A stretch of 64,000 nucleotides of DNA from an uncultured candidatus Porisulfidus sp. (GCA_963668445.1 OY764335.1:854346-918345), one strand, 5' to 3'; positions 1 through 10,686 are shown, counted from the stretch's first letter. Notes: generated by a model from the sequence alone, not told the origin. A program made the numbers and translations.

Positions 1-3000
1 AATGGCAGTACCAGGCGCGCACCGGCAGCGACTACAGCGCCGCCGCTTGGGCGGCGATATCGAGCAGCACGGCAAGCACGACGACATCGACGCTGCCCGC
101 GCAGGCCCGGAACACGTGGAAGGGCATCCGCATCCGCGTGGTGAATACGGGCGGCCAAAGCCCGGCCTCGGAAGAAGTGGAACTGATGCCGCCGCAGCCG
201 ACGGGCTTGGCGGCCGTCGGCAAGGACCGGTCGGCGGATCTGTCGTGGACGGCGCCGCAGTTCGCGCGCATTGCCGGGCACCAGTACCAGCTGAAGACGA
301 CGGCCGGCTACGGGAACTGGGCGGCGATTCCGAACAGCGCGCCGGGCGAGGCGAATGTGGCCGGCTACACGGTGGGCAGCCTGACGAACCGCACGGCGCA
401 CACGTTCCGAATCCGTGCAGTGAATCCCGCGTTCGACAGCACGCCTTCGGCCTCGGCCTCGGCGACACCGGCGCCGGTTCCGGCGAAGCCGGTCGGCGTG
501 GCGGCGAGCTTGGCGAAGAGCGGCAGCAACTACAACCTGACGCTGACGTGGACGAATCCGCGCGACGACAGCATCACGCAATGGCAGTACCAGACGCGCA
601 TCGGCAGCGATTACAGCAGCCGCGTTTGGACGGCGGCATCCAGCAGCACGGCGAGCACGACATCGCTGGCGCTGTCTGGGCAGAGCCGGAACACGATCAA
701 GGGCATCCGCATCCGGGCCGTGAACTCGACCGGGGACGGCGCGGCTTCGGCCGAAGTGCTGCTGGTGCCGAAGAAGCCGGCGGACCTGGCGGCATCGACC
801 GGCAACACGGAAGTGCTGCTGCAATGGACCGATCCGGGCCATGCGCTGATTTCCGAGTACCAGTACCAGAAGAAGGAGGACGGAGGGAACTATGGCAGCT
901 GGCAGGACATGGACGAAAGCGATGCGGACACGGTGTCGTACACGGCGACCGGATTGACGAACAACACGGCCTATACGTTCCGGATCCGGGCCGCGAGCTT
1001 GGCAGGCGAGAGTGCGGAGTCGGGTGAGGCATCGGCGACGCCGGTTCCGGTGCCGGCGCAGCCGACGGGCCTGAGCAAGACACTGACGGCGGCAGCGGGC
1101 ACGGCATACGACCTGACACTGAGGTGGACGAATCCGAACAATGCGACGATCAGCGGCTACCGATACCAGCTGAAGAACCCTGCAGGCAATTACGGCAGTT
1201 GGACGAACATTTCAAACAGCGGCGCATCGACGGTCTCGCTGTCGCTGCGCAATCGGAGCCGGAACACGCTGCAGGCAATCCGCATCCGGGCCATGAATGT
1301 GGTGGGGGAGGGTCCGCCTTCGGCCGACATGCTGCTGGTTCCTGCGAAGCCGGGGCTGAGGGCGGAGCCGGAGAACGGCCGGGTCGCGCTGCAGTGGGAT
1401 GATCCGAACGATTCCGCGATTGCCGGCTACGAGTACCGGCGAAAGACGACGGGCGGTTACGGGAACTGGGCGGCGATTCCGAACAGCGCGCCGGGGGAGG
1501 CGAACGCGACGGGCTACACGGTGGGCAGCCTGACGAACCGGACGACGTATGCGTTCCAAATCCGGGCCTCGAATCTGGCGGGCAACGGACTGGCTTCCAA
1601 CGAGGCCTCGGCGACGCCGTCTGCAGTACCGGAGAAGCCGACCGGCTTGGCGGTGAGTCTGACGGCGAACGGCAGCAACTACAACTTGGCGCTGACGTGG
1701 ACGAACCCGAACGATGCGCTGCTGACAGGCTACGAGTACCAGACGCGCGCCGGGGCGGAGTACGGCGACGCTTGGACGGAGATTTCCAGCAGCACGGCGA
1801 GCACGACGTCGCTGGCATTGAGCGGACAGAGAAAAAACGCGATGCAGGCGATCCGCATTCGGGCGATGAATGAGGTCGGTGCCAGCACGCCGTCGGATGA
1901 AGCGCTTGTGATGCCGGTGCAGCCGACGGGCCTAGCGGCGGCGGCCCGGGCGACGAGCACATCCAGCACGTTTCTGGACTTGGCATGGGATGCCGCGAAT
2001 GATTCCAAGATCACAAAGTGGCAGTATCGGATGAAGATACGCGTACAGGACGAGTACGTGTCGGCTTGGCAGGACATTCCGAGCAGCGACGCGGCCACGA
2101 CGTCGTATGCGCTGCCGATAGACTCGTATCAAAACGGCTACGCAGTCAAGATTCGCGCCGTGAGTCTGGCAGGCGACGGCATCGATTCGGCGGAGGAGTC
2201 GGGCTCGCTGCTGCCGTCGGCGCCGACCGGCCTGACGGGCGCGGTCTCGGGCAGCCATGTGGCGCTGGCGTGGAGCAATGCGGACGCGAAGCGGCCGGCC
2301 ATCAAGATCTACGAGTACCGGGTCAAGGCCGGCGACGGCGCCTACAGTAGGTGGACGGACATCCCGTCGAGCGGCATGGATACTACGGCGTACACGGTTA
2401 CACAGAACGTCGGCACGGCCGGCACGACGTACGCGTTCCAAGTGAGAGGCGAGAGCAATGCGGGCGACGGTGCGGCATCGAACGAAGCGTCGGTATCGAC
2501 GGTGCCGGCATCACCGAAGAACCTTCACGCGGCGCTCGGCAACCGGAGTGCGGTGCTCACATGGGCCGACCCGGGCGACAGCACGATCACGGGCTACGAG
2601 TACCGGCAGAAGGCTGCGTTTCTGCGCAGCAATTACGGGACTTGGGTGCCCATCTCGGGCAGCGGCGCCTCAACGACAAGCCATACGGTGACGGGGCTGG
2701 AGAACGGCACGGCGTACCTGATCATTCTGCGGGCCCGGAATGCGGCAGGGTCGGGCTCAGGTGCCGGTCCGGCATTGGTGACACCGGCGATCGTGCCGAC
2801 GCTGGCACTGGAATTAAGTCCGGCGGAAACCCGCGAAAACGCTCCGGCGACCGTGACAGTGACGGCGCGAATCGGGAACGGGCCGCTCAGCACGGCGACG
2901 CAGGTGGCGTTGTCGGCGGCGCCCGGCACGGCCGAGGCCGGAGATTACGTGCTGCCGCAGACGCTGCCGCAAATCAGCATTGCGGCCGGGCAGACGGTCG

Positions 3001-5270
3001 GTACGGCGACCTTGTCGGTGACGCCGACGAATGATCAGAAAGACGAAGAGGACGAGACCTTCACCATCAGTGCTGAGGCGACATCATCGGTGCTGGGGCA
3101 AAGGAAATTGACCGATTCGGCGACCTTCACCATCATTGACGACGACGAGCCGCCGACGCTGACCCTGCTCTTGAGCAGTGCGGAGGTGCCGGAGAACGGC
3201 GCGGCAGCGACCGTGACGGTGACGGCGCAATTGACGGGCAACGTGCGGGAGCCGGACATGACGATCGTCGTGGCGGTGGACGACGCCTCGAGCACCGCGA
3301 CTCTAGGCGCAGACGCAGACTACACGATCGCGGGATTGCCTGCCACTATCGCCATCGCCGGCGGCGGAAGCGAGACGAGCGGCATGGCGACGGTGACCGT
3401 CACGCCGGCGGACGACGCGTTGTCCGAAATGCATGAGACGGTGGTGCTGGCGGGCACAGCGGCCGGGCTGAAGGCCGCATCGACGGCGTTTACGATCCGG
3501 GACGACGAGGATCCGACCCTGAGCTTGGCTTTGAGCCTCTCCAGAATCCGAGAGAACGAAGGGCCTATGGAGGTGACGGTGACGGCGGCAACGAACCGAG
3601 CGATCGAGGGAGCGGCGGCGGCCGTGGCACTGTCGTTCGGCGGCACTGCGACTCAGGGCGAAGACTACACGTTGGAGCCGACGCCGCTTCCGAGCATCGC
3701 CATCCCGGAAAACCAGAACTCCGGCACGGTGACGGTGACGATGACGCCGATTCAGGACAACGTGATCGAAGGTGAAGAGACGATCGTGGTTACCGGTGCT
3801 GGGGAGGACCTGGTGGATGGCACGGTCGCCATGATCATCTGGGAATACGCTTTGGAGGCGGAAAAGAAGATTCTGACCGAGGCGCTGACGGAAATCGTGC
3901 ACGGCACGCTGGCCAGCGCCCGGCACGTGCTCTCCGGGCGCTTCCGCCGTCCTAGCAACGGCAACGGCAACGGGGCGCACGTGGCCGGGATATCGACAGA
4001 CCTTTTCGAATCTTCCGACGACCCGCATGCGACGCTGCCCGATGAGCCGGGCTTTAGCGAAGACGAAGCCTTCCGCATCAGTTCGCAGGCCTGGTGGCAG
4101 GACAGTGCCTTCGAATACCGATTCCAGAAGCGCCGGAGGTATTTTCAGGAAGCGCACTGGAGCCTTTGGGGGCAGGGCGACTACATGGATTTCTCCGGCG
4201 AAATCCAAGGCAGTGGCAGCTACGATGGCGATGTGCGCTCCGCTTACATTGGCATGGATGCCCGCATCGTGGACGAATGGGTCGCGGGCCTGGCCGTGGC
4301 GCATAGCCGCGGTCGTGTCGACTATCGGCTCGATGAGGCGGCAGGCAGCATTTCCGGATTGCTGAAGACCGAACTGACCAGCGTGTACCCGTATGCCAGC
4401 GTGGAATGGGGCAACGGCTTCGAGGCGTGGGCGATGCTGGGTGCGGGCCAAGGCGACATCGAACTGGAGCGCCGTGGAGAAAGCGAAAAACTCGAGTCCG
4501 ATCTGTCGATGCTGATGGGCGCGGTCGGCTTCCGCAGCGAACTGGCTTCGGGCGGCGCAAACGGCCCGCAATATTCGCTGATTGCGGATGCCGCCTACGC
4601 GGAATTCGAAATCGACGACGAAGGCATGCCGGTGATCGACAACCTGACCGTGGACATGCATCAGGTTCGGGCCGGGCTCGAATACGCCTGCTCGGCAGTG
4701 ATGAATGGCGGCCGATGGGAGTCGTACGCGCAGATGTTCGCACGCTACGACGGCGGCGACGGCATTGAAGGCGCGGGTCTGGAACTGGTTGGCGGCCTGC
4801 GGTTTTCGAATGCGGCCGGCTGGGAGGTGGACGCGCAGGGCCGCTGGCTGGCGGCGCATTCCGAAGAGAATTACGAGGAGCACGGCATGAGCGTGGCCCT
4901 GAAGAAGGAATGGGGCAAGGACCGGCGCGGGCTGTACTTGCTGCTGGTGCCGCAATGGGGCGCGTCGCCGGAGAGCGCGGCCGCGGTGTGGGGCGGTGGC
5001 GCATTCGAGATGCAGGACATGATCGAGCAGGATGAGCCTTTCTCTCTGAAGGCGGAAATCGGATACGGCTCTTTCCTGCCTTTGCTGGAGCGGCAAGTGG
5101 CATGGTTCGGCGAGATGGAATGCGGCGGCGACCGCTGGCGGGTACGCACGGGAGCGCGTTTCGAGGCGTGGCAGGCCTCCAATTTCAAAGTGGAAGTGTT
5201 CGGCGCTTATGAAGACAACGCCGGCAAGTCTGAACGCAGCATCAACGTGCACTCGACATTGGGCTACTGA
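1..5270 (+). CDS. Giant surface protein, 5'-truncated by window edge: ~10 tandem fibronectin type III repeats, 3 Calx-beta domains, C-terminal autotransporter-type outer-membrane beta-barrel
   Basis: Reading frame is open from nt 3 with no in-frame start; the first translated residues (WQYQARTGSDYS...) already match the internal repeat. ~95-aa periodic units carry the W-x-Y/F-Q..IRIRA(V/M)N..G motif typical of FN3. Three ~110-aa units with the ..TVTVTA...ETFTI / D-x-D-E Calx-beta signature lie at ~2800-3830. The last ~430 aa show alternating hydrophobic/aromatic strands (AYIGMDARIVDEWVAGLAVAHSRGRVDY...) and a C-terminal aromatic residue (..STLGY), like the PF03797 autotransporter barrel. Confidence 0.7.
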   Translation, partial: WQYQARTGSDYSAAAWAAISSSTASTTTSTLPAQARNTWKGIRIRVVNTGGQSPASEEVELMPPQPTGLAAVGKDRSADLSWTAPQFARIAGHQYQLKTTAGYGNWAAIPNSAPGEANVAGYTVGSLTNRTAHTFRIRAVNPAFDSTPSASASATPAPVPAKPVGVAASLAKSGSNYNLTLTWTNPRDDSITQWQYQTRIGSDYSSRVWTAASSSTASTTSLALSGQSRNTIKGIRIRAVNSTGDGAASAEVLLVPKKPADLAASTGNTEVLLQWTDPGHALISEYQYQKKEDGGNYGSWQDMDESDADTVSYTATGLTNNTAYTFRIRAASLAGESAESGEASATPVPVPAQPTGLSKTLTAAAGTAYDLTLRWTNPNNATISGYRYQLKNPAGNYGSWTNISNSGASTVSLSLRNRSRNTLQAIRIRAMNVVGEGPPSADMLLVPAKPGLRAEPENGRVALQWDDPNDSAIAGYEYRRKTTGGYGNWAAIPNSAPGEANATGYTVGSLTNRTTYAFQIRASNLAGNGLASNEASATPSAVPEKPTGLAVSLTANGSNYNLALTWTNPNDALLTGYEYQTRAGAEYGDAWTEISSSTASTTSLALSGQRKNAMQAIRIRAMNEVGASTPSDEALVMPVQPTGLAAAARATSTSSTFLDLAWDAANDSKITKWQYRMKIRVQDEYVSAWQDIPSSDAATTSYALPIDSYQNGYAVKIRAVSLAGDGIDSAEESGSLLPSAPTGLTGAVSGSHVALAWSNADAKRPAIKIYEYRVKAGDGAYSRWTDIPSSGMDTTAYTVTQNVGTAGTTYAFQVRGESNAGDGAASNEASVSTVPASPKNLHAALGNRSAVLTWADPGDSTITGYEYRQKAAFLRSNYGTWVPISGSGASTTSHTVTGLENGTAYLIILRARNAAGSGSGAGPALVTPAIVPTLALELSPAETRENAPATVTVTARIGNGPLSTATQVALSAAPGTAEAGDYVLPQTLPQISIAAGQTVGTATLSVTPTNDQKDEEDETFTISAEATSSVLGQRKLTDSATFTIIDDDEPPTLTLLLSSAEVPENGAAATVTVTAQLTGNVREPDMTIVVAVDDASSTATLGADADYTIAGLPATIAIAGGGSETSGMATVTVTPADDALSEMHETVVLAGTAAGLKAASTAFTIRDDEDPTLSLALSLSRIRENEGPMEVTVTAATNRAIEGAAAAVALSFGGTATQGEDYTLEPTPLPSIAIPENQNSGTVTVTMTPIQDNVIEGEETIVVTGAGEDLVDGTVAMIIWEYALEAEKKILTEALTEIVHGTLASARHVLSGRFRRPSNGNGNGAHVAGISTDLFESSDDPHATLPDEPGFSEDEAFRISSQAWWQDSAFEYRFQKRRRYFQEAHWSLWGQGDYMDFSGEIQGSGSYDGDVRSAYIGMDARIVDEWVAGLAVAHSRGRVDYRLDEAAGSISGLLKTELTSVYPYASVEWGNGFEAWAMLGAGQGDIELERRGESEKLESDLSMLMGAVGFRSELASGGANGPQYSLIADAAYAEFEIDDEGMPVIDNLTVDMHQVRAGLEYACSAVMNGGRWESYAQMFARYDGGDGIEGAGLELVGGLRFSNAAGWEVDAQGRWLAAHSEENYEEHGMSVALKKEWGKDRRGLYLLLVPQWGASPESAAAVWGGGAFEMQDMIEQDEPFSLKAEIGYGSFLPLLERQVAWFGEMECGGDRWRVRTGARFEAWQASNFKVEVFGAYEDNAGKSERSINVHSTLGY

Positions 5271-5629
5271 GTGCCCTCGGTCCGCATGCCTGGCTGCGGA
5301 ATGGGCCCGGCGGCTGGCTGCAGGATTCGGATTTTCCGTAGCGCGTGCAACTTGGCGCATATGGGCTTGGGCGTACCGCGGACCAAACGGTTCATCGTGC
5401 AGTTGCTCTGCGATTAGAGCGAGCGGCATCGTCCGCAGACTCCAAAGCAGCTGGAAGCATCTAGATTTTTCTGCATAATGTTCCTAATCATCTTATTGAT
5501 TTCATTAAAAATATAATCCCCAAAGAAAGCATCCGGCGCACCGTGCGCTCGACGGATTTGATACACTGCCATCCGCAACAAGCCTAATCCGGCTCCCGAG
5601 CTTCAATCAGATTCATTCCAGGAGCAACC

Positions 5630-6661
5630 ATGGACATACAACGCCGCTTCGCAAAATTTCGGCTCCTCATAGTTTTTATGGCTTTGGCAGGAACCGCGGT
5701 CGGCCATGCAGGCATGCTCGAGGACGTGCGCACTGCAGGCGCATTGCGCTGCGGCATCAATACCGGGTTGGTGGGCTTCGCCTCAACGGACGATGCAGGC
5801 CGCTGGGTCGGTTTCGACGTGGCGTACTGCCGGGCTCTGGCTGCTGCAGTGTTGGGCGACCCGGAGAAAGTCAAATTCATCAGCCTGACCAGCAAGAATC
5901 GTTTCGCGGCGCTCCAATCGGGGGAAGTCGACGTGCTTTCGCGCAACACCACGTGGACGTTTTCGCGCGACGTCAATCTGAAGCTCACGTTCGCCGGCGT
6001 CAACTTCTACGACGGCCAAGGCTTCCTCGGCCGCAAATCCCTAGGCGTGTCCAGCGTGAAGGAGCTGGACGGCGCATCGATCTGCATCCAGACCGGCACG
6101 ACGACGGAATTGAATCTTGAAGACTTCTTCCGCACCCACGGCATTAATTACGAACCGGTGCCGATCGAAACCAATGCGGAGGCACGTGCGGCCTATGAGA
6201 GCGAACGTTGCGACGCCTATACGTCGGACACCTCGGCACTGGCCGCCACGCGGGCGACGTTCGCCGACCCGGCCGCGCACATGATCTTTCCCGAAATCAT
6301 CTCCAAAGAGCCGCTGGGGCCTCTGGTGCTGCAGGGCGATGAGCAATGGGCGGACATCGCGCGCTGGGTGCTGAATGTGCTCGTCATCGCCGAAGAGCAT
6401 GGCATCACGCAGGCCAATGTCGCGAGCATGGCCGCCGGCACGGACAATCCGGAAATCAACCGCATGCTCGGCAGCGAAGGCCGGTTCGGGAAGATGCTTG
6501 GCCTCGAGCCGGACTGGGCGGTTCGGGCCATCGCCGCGGAAGGCAACTATGCGGAAATTTTCGACCGCCACATCGGGCCCGATACCCAGATCGGACTGGA
6601 GCGGGGCCTGAACGCCTTGTATAAGCATGGCGGCATTCTTTACGCGCCGCCGTTCCTGTAA
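5630..6661 (+). CDS. aapJ: Polar amino-acid ABC transporter periplasmic substrate-binding protein (AapJ/AatJ/BztA family)
   Basis: N-terminal signal peptide. Family-3 solute-binding protein motifs; strong resemblance to general L-amino acid / Glu-Asp binding proteins. First gene of a 4-gene ABC cluster. Confidence 0.85.
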   Translation: MDIQRRFAKFRLLIVFMALAGTAVGHAGMLEDVRTAGALRCGINTGLVGFASTDDAGRWVGFDVAYCRALAAAVLGDPEKVKFISLTSKNRFAALQSGEVDVLSRNTTWTFSRDVNLKLTFAGVNFYDGQGFLGRKSLGVSSVKELDGASICIQTGTTTELNLEDFFRTHGINYEPVPIETNAEARAAYESERCDAYTSDTSALAATRATFADPAAHMIFPEIISKEPLGPLVLQGDEQWADIARWVLNVLVIAEEHGITQANVASMAAGTDNPEINRMLGSEGRFGKMLGLEPDWAVRAIAAEGNYAEIFDRHIGPDTQIGLERGLNALYKHGGILYAPPFL

Positions 6662-6745
6662 GCCGGGCGCGCGTCCGGTGCGGATGCATCGCGAGGCGGC
6701 GGAAGCGGCATAGCGCCGCCGCTGCGGCAGGCGGCAGGATCGGGC

Positions 6746-7936
6746 ATGGGCAGCCTTAGCGAGTGCGTCTGGCGGCACGGCATCCGCCAGCTATGGGTGC
6801 ATGAGCATGCCCGCGGCATCAGCCTGCAAGTGCTTCTGCTTCTGGCTTTGCTGCTGGTCGCCGGCTATCTCGTCTCCAATGCGCTGGCCAATCTGCAGCA
6901 GGCCGGACTCGCCATGGGCTACGGCTTCCTGTGGGATACCGCCTCTTTCGATATCAACCAGCAGTTGATTCCCTACGACGGGACTTCCACCTACGGCCGG
7001 GCCTTCGTGGTCGGCGGGCTGAACACGATCCTCGTTGCCGCCCTCGGCATTCTGGCCGCTACCCTCATCGGCTTCGCGACCGGCACCCTGCGGCTGTCCG
7101 ACAACTTTCTGCTCAGCCGGATGGCGGCGACGTACGTGGAGATTACGCGCAACGTGCCGTTGCTGCTGCAAATCATCTTCTGGTGGATTGTCATGCTGGG
7201 GTTGCCCCGTGCGCGCGACAGCGTCGCGTTCGGCGAATTCGCCTACCTCAGCAACCGCGGTCTCCGACTGCCGAGCCTCGTTTTCGAAGACGGGGCGGCT
7301 TGGGTGGTGCTCGCGCTTGCGCTCGCCTGCCTCAGTGTGCTGCTGGTCGTTCGGGCGTCCCGCTGCCGCCAGCGCCGAACCGGCCACGCGCTCCCGGTGG
7401 GCTGGATCGCGCTCGCCGTGCTGGTCGGCCTGCCGCTAGCCGTCTATTGCGCGGTAGGACAGCCGCTGGCGCTGGATTTGCCGGTCGCCGGCAAGTTCAA
7501 CTTGCGCGGCGGCATCAACATCACGCCGGAACTGATGGCGCTCTGGCTCGCGCTATCGACATACACCGGCGCCTTCATTTCCGAGATCGTACGCGGCGGC
7601 ATTCTGTCGGTCAGCACGGGACAGACGGATGCGGCGGCCGCGCTGGGCCTGCCGCCGAAGCTGGTGGTGCGCAAAATCGTGCTGCCGCAAGCCCTGCGCG
7701 TTATCGTGCCGCCGCTGACCAGCCAGTACCTGAACCTGACTAAGAATTCCTCGCTGGCCGTGGCGATCGGCTACCAAGACATCGTGTCGGTCGGCGATAC
7801 CATCCTGAACCAGAGCGGCCAAGCTCTGGAGGTCATTTCGATCTACATGGCCTTCTACCTGGCGCTAAGCCTGCTGACATCCGCGTTCATGAACTGGTAC
7901 AACGCGAAGATTGCACTGCAAGGGGGCCGCGCATGA
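6746..7936 (+). CDS. aapQ: Amino-acid ABC transporter permease (AapQ-like)
   Basis: Multi-TM permease with the EAA-loop-type motif (..ALGLPPKLVVRKIVLPQALRVIVPPLTSQYLNLTKNSSLA..). Position in operon. Confidence 0.85.
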   Translation: MGSLSECVWRHGIRQLWVHEHARGISLQVLLLLALLLVAGYLVSNALANLQQAGLAMGYGFLWDTASFDINQQLIPYDGTSTYGRAFVVGGLNTILVAALGILAATLIGFATGTLRLSDNFLLSRMAATYVEITRNVPLLLQIIFWWIVMLGLPRARDSVAFGEFAYLSNRGLRLPSLVFEDGAAWVVLALALACLSVLLVVRASRCRQRRTGHALPVGWIALAVLVGLPLAVYCAVGQPLALDLPVAGKFNLRGGINITPELMALWLALSTYTGAFISEIVRGGILSVSTGQTDAAAALGLPPKLVVRKIVLPQALRVIVPPLTSQYLNLTKNSSLAVAIGYQDIVSVGDTILNQSGQALEVISIYMAFYLALSLLTSAFMNWYNAKIALQGGRA

Positions 7937-9018
7937 ACCTGGGCATGCCGCCGCGTTTCGCGGTCGTCCGCCATTGGCTGCATGCCAATCTGTTTTCGAA
8001 CGCGCTCAATACGGCGTTGACGTTACTGGCCGCGGTGCTCTTGTGGCTCATAGTGCCGGCGCTGCTGGACTGGGCCGTGCTGGACGCCACGTTCGGCGGT
8101 GCCACGGGCGCCGATTGCGCCGGCGCCGGCGCTTGCTGGGCCTGGGTCGATCAGCGCCTCGCGCAGTTCCTGTACGGGTTCTATCCGACCGAGTCCTACT
8201 GGCGCGTCAACCTCGCGCTGATCCTTCTGGTTCCGGCGTTGGCCTATGTCCTGTTCCTGCATTTGCCGTATGCCCGTTACGGACGCTGGTTTTCACTTGC
8301 GTACCCGGCCATCGCGGCCGTGCTGCTGACCGGCGGCTTCGGCCTGGAAGCCATCCCGACCGACAAATTCGGCGGCTTCATGCTGAATCTGGTCGCCGGC
8401 CTTGCCGGCATCGTCCTGTCGCTGCCGTTGGGCATCCTGCTGGCTCTGGGCCGCCGCTCGCGGCTGCCGCTGGTGCGGCTTTTGGCAGTCGCGTTCATCG
8501 AAGCCATCCGCGGCGTGCCGCTGATCACCCTGCTGTTCGTCGCCGTCGTCATTATGCAGCTCTTCCTGCCTCCGCAGGTGTCGCTGGAACAACTGACGCG
8601 GGTCATGGTCATGATCACGCTGTTCGCTTCGGCCTATATGGCGGAAGTCATCCGCGGCGGCCTGCAGGCCATTCCGCGCGGCCAATTCGAAGCTGCCGAA
8701 GCGATGGGGCTCAGTTACTGGCAAACCATGCGCCTCGTCGTCCTGCCGCAGGCGCTCACGATTTCGATCCCCGGCATCGTCAACACATTCATCGGCCTGT
8801 TCAAGGACACCACGCTGGTCATCATCATCGGCCTGTTCGACATCCTCGGGCATGCGCGCCTGGTGCAGACCAACCCCGAATGGATCGGTGCTGCCGACCA
8901 CGAAACCTTCGTCGCCGCAGCCCTGTTCTTCTTCCTCGTCTGCTTCTCCATGTCGCGCTATTCCCGCAATCTGGAGCGGCGCCTGGATATTGCGCACGAT
9001 CCCCACCATCATCGCTAG
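7933..9018 (+). CDS. aapM: Amino-acid ABC transporter permease (AapM-like)
   Basis: Second permease with the conserved EAAxALG-type loop ([24 protein letters not shown]). Its start overlaps the aapQ stop by 4 nt (ATGA). Confidence 0.85.
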   Translation: MNLGMPPRFAVVRHWLHANLFSNALNTALTLLAAVLLWLIVPALLDWAVLDATFGGATGADCAGAGACWAWVDQRLAQFLYGFYPTESYWRVNLALILLVPALAYVLFLHLPYARYGRWFSLAYPAIAAVLLTGGFGLEAIPTDKFGGFMLNLVAGLAGIVLSLPLGILLALGRRSRLPLVRLLAVAFIEAIRGVPLITLLFVAVVIMQLFLPPQVSLEQLTRVMVMITLFASAYMAEVIRGGLQAIPRGQFEAAEAMGLSYWQTMRLVVLPQALTISIPGIVNTFIGLFKDTTLVIIIGLFDILGHARLVQTNPEWIGAADHETFVAAALFFFLVCFSMSRYSRNLERRLDIAHDPHHHR

Positions 9019-9028
9019 GAGGCGCCGC

Positions 9029-9790
9029 ATGGCCCGAGACGACACGACGACGGATGCGCCGATCATCCGCATCTCGAAACTCAACAAGTGGTACGGCGAC
9101 TTCCATGTGCTGCGCGACATCGATCTGGAAGTGGCGCCGCGCGAGCGCATCGTCATCTGCGGGCCGTCGGGCTCCGGCAAGTCCACGCTGATCCGCTGCA
9201 TCAACCGTTTGGAAAAGCATGAGCAGGGCTCCATCGTCGTCGACGGGACGGAAATCACTAACAGCATCGAGCACATCGAACTCATCCGCCGCGATGTCGG
9301 CATGGTGTTCCAGCAGTTCAACCTGTTTCCGCATCTCACCGTGCTGGAGAACTGCGTACTGGCGCCGGTCTGGGTGCGCAAGCTGCCGCGCGCCGAAGCC
9401 GAAGCGATCGCCATGCGGCATCTCGAGGAAGTCAGGATTCCGGATCAGGCAGGCAAGTACCCGGGGCAGCTGTCTGGAGGTCAGCAGCAGCGCGTCGCCA
9501 TCGCCCGCGCCCTGTGCATGCAGCCCAAGGTCATGCTGTTCGACGAGCCGACCTCGGCGCTGGACCCGGAAATGATCCACGGCGTGCTGGACGTAATGAT
9601 CGAACTGGCCCACTCGGGCATGACCATGCTGGTCGTCACGCACGAGATGGGCTTTGCGCACGAAGTCGCCGACCAGGTGATCTTCATGGATGCCGGCGAG
9701 ATCGTCGAGCAGAACGAACCCGGCGAATTCTTCGAGCATCCGAAGTCCGAGCGCACTCGGCTGTTCCTTAGCCAGATCATCCACCAGTAG
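9029..9790 (+). CDS. aapP: Amino-acid ABC transporter ATP-binding protein (AapP/GlnQ-like)
   Basis: Walker [13 protein letters not shown] signature [15 protein letters not shown], Walker [13 protein letters not shown]-loop. ATG at 9029 is preceded by AGGAGG. The ORF track's longer upstream extension is not supported by homology. Confidence 0.9.
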   Translation: MARDDTTTDAPIIRISKLNKWYGDFHVLRDIDLEVAPRERIVICGPSGSGKSTLIRCINRLEKHEQGSIVVDGTEITNSIEHIELIRRDVGMVFQQFNLFPHLTVLENCVLAPVWVRKLPRAEAEAIAMRHLEEVRIPDQAGKYPGQLSGGQQQRVAIARALCMQPKVMLFDEPTSALDPEMIHGVLDVMIELAHSGMTMLVVTHEMGFAHEVADQVIFMDAGEIVEQNEPGEFFEHPKSERTRLFLSQIIHQ

Positions 9791-10622
9791 CCTCGGGCGT
9801 CCCGCCGCGCTGCTCGGCGGCCATGGCTTTCAGCCGGCGCGCCTGTTGCAGCAGTTCATGCAGATCGGCCACTACAGCGTGCGGGCGGTACGGATAGCCG
9901 ACGGTGCCGGGAAAAATGCGGTCGATCCAGTCCTGCTTCCAGCCGGCTCCGTTGTAGAATACGGCGGCCACCTCCGCCTTGCAGGCGGCGGCCACATCGG
10001 TGGTGCTGTCGCCGACGTACCAGCAATGGAGGCCGGCGCGCTCGCCGAGACGGCCGAGCGCTGCTCGAATCTGACCCGGATGCGGTTTGCGCTTGGGCAC
10101 GTCGTCGCCGCACACCATCGTGTCGAAGTGCTCCCGCCAGCCGCTTTCCCCGAGTGCGTCGATTTCCTGGTCCACGAATTCCCGATTGCGGTTGCTCAAC
10201 AGGCCTAGGCGAATCTCCATGGCTCTCAGGCACTCCAAGGTTTCCAGCGCATCCGGCTCCAGCGGTGTCACCGACCCGCAATGGGTCCGGTAGGCGGCAT
10301 CGAAGGCCCGGTGCGCCATGTCCTTGGCCTCTTGGTCGTTCCCGAACAGCACTTCGAAGATGTCGGTGCGCGAAATTTTTCGGGCTTGGAGGATTTTGGG
10401 GTGCAACTGCCGGTTCTGACGTACATACCGAACCAGTTTGGCATCTTCGAGAGTCCGGCTTTGCTGGATGGAGATCATGCGGTCGAACAGCCCTAGCTCC
10501 TGCAGCTTGGGCAGGATTTCGTCGACGGCGTGGTACATCGCGTCGTGCGTGTCCACTAGCGTGGCGTGCCAGTCGAACAGGATGAGCCGGGGGACGGCGT
10601 GCGGAAAGTTGAGGAGGCTCAT
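9777..10622 (-). CDS. HAD-superfamily hydrolase (phosphoglycolate-phosphatase-like)
   Basis: DxHxT-type motif I ([12 protein letters not shown]), motif II S/T (LLSNRN), and a C-terminal GDSxxD motif ([12 protein letters not shown]). The start is placed at MSLLNF; the ORF track extends to 10667. The gene is convergent with aapP and their 3' ends overlap by 14 nt. Confidence 0.75.
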   Translation of the reverse strand: MSLLNFPHAVPRLILFDWHATLVDTHDAMYHAVDEILPKLQELGLFDRMISIQQSRTLEDAKLVRYVRQNRQLHPKILQARKISRTDIFEVLFGNDQEAKDMAHRAFDAAYRTHCGSVTPLEPDALETLECLRAMEIRLGLLSNRNREFVDQEIDALGESGWREHFDTMVCGDDVPKRKPHPGQIRAALGRLGERAGLHCWYVGDSTTDVAAACKAEVAAVFYNGAGWKQDWIDRIFPGTVGYPYRPHAVVADLHELLQQARRLKAMAAEQRGGTPEATGG

Positions 10623-10686
10623 GCAGGTAATGCGTTTTCCATCTCCGGCAGCAGGCAGGCCCGGCATCGGCGGTTGCGCCGGAAGC

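Noticed and set aside
2-1027. 341-aa + strand ORF in an alternative frame over the start of the giant gene; also antisense ORFs 3303..5429 (-, 708 aa) and 4078..5103 (-, 341 aa)
   Set aside because: Arg/Pro/Gly-rich translations typical of out-of-frame reading of high-GC coding DNA. The real gene has coherent FN3, Calx-beta and barrel homology in the other frame.
9777-10667. ORF-track N-terminal extension of the HAD hydrolase (MPGLPAAGDGKRITC...)
   Set aside because: HAD motif I lies right after MSLLNF. The 15-aa upstream extension has no support, and the palindrome/promoter region begins shortly upstream.
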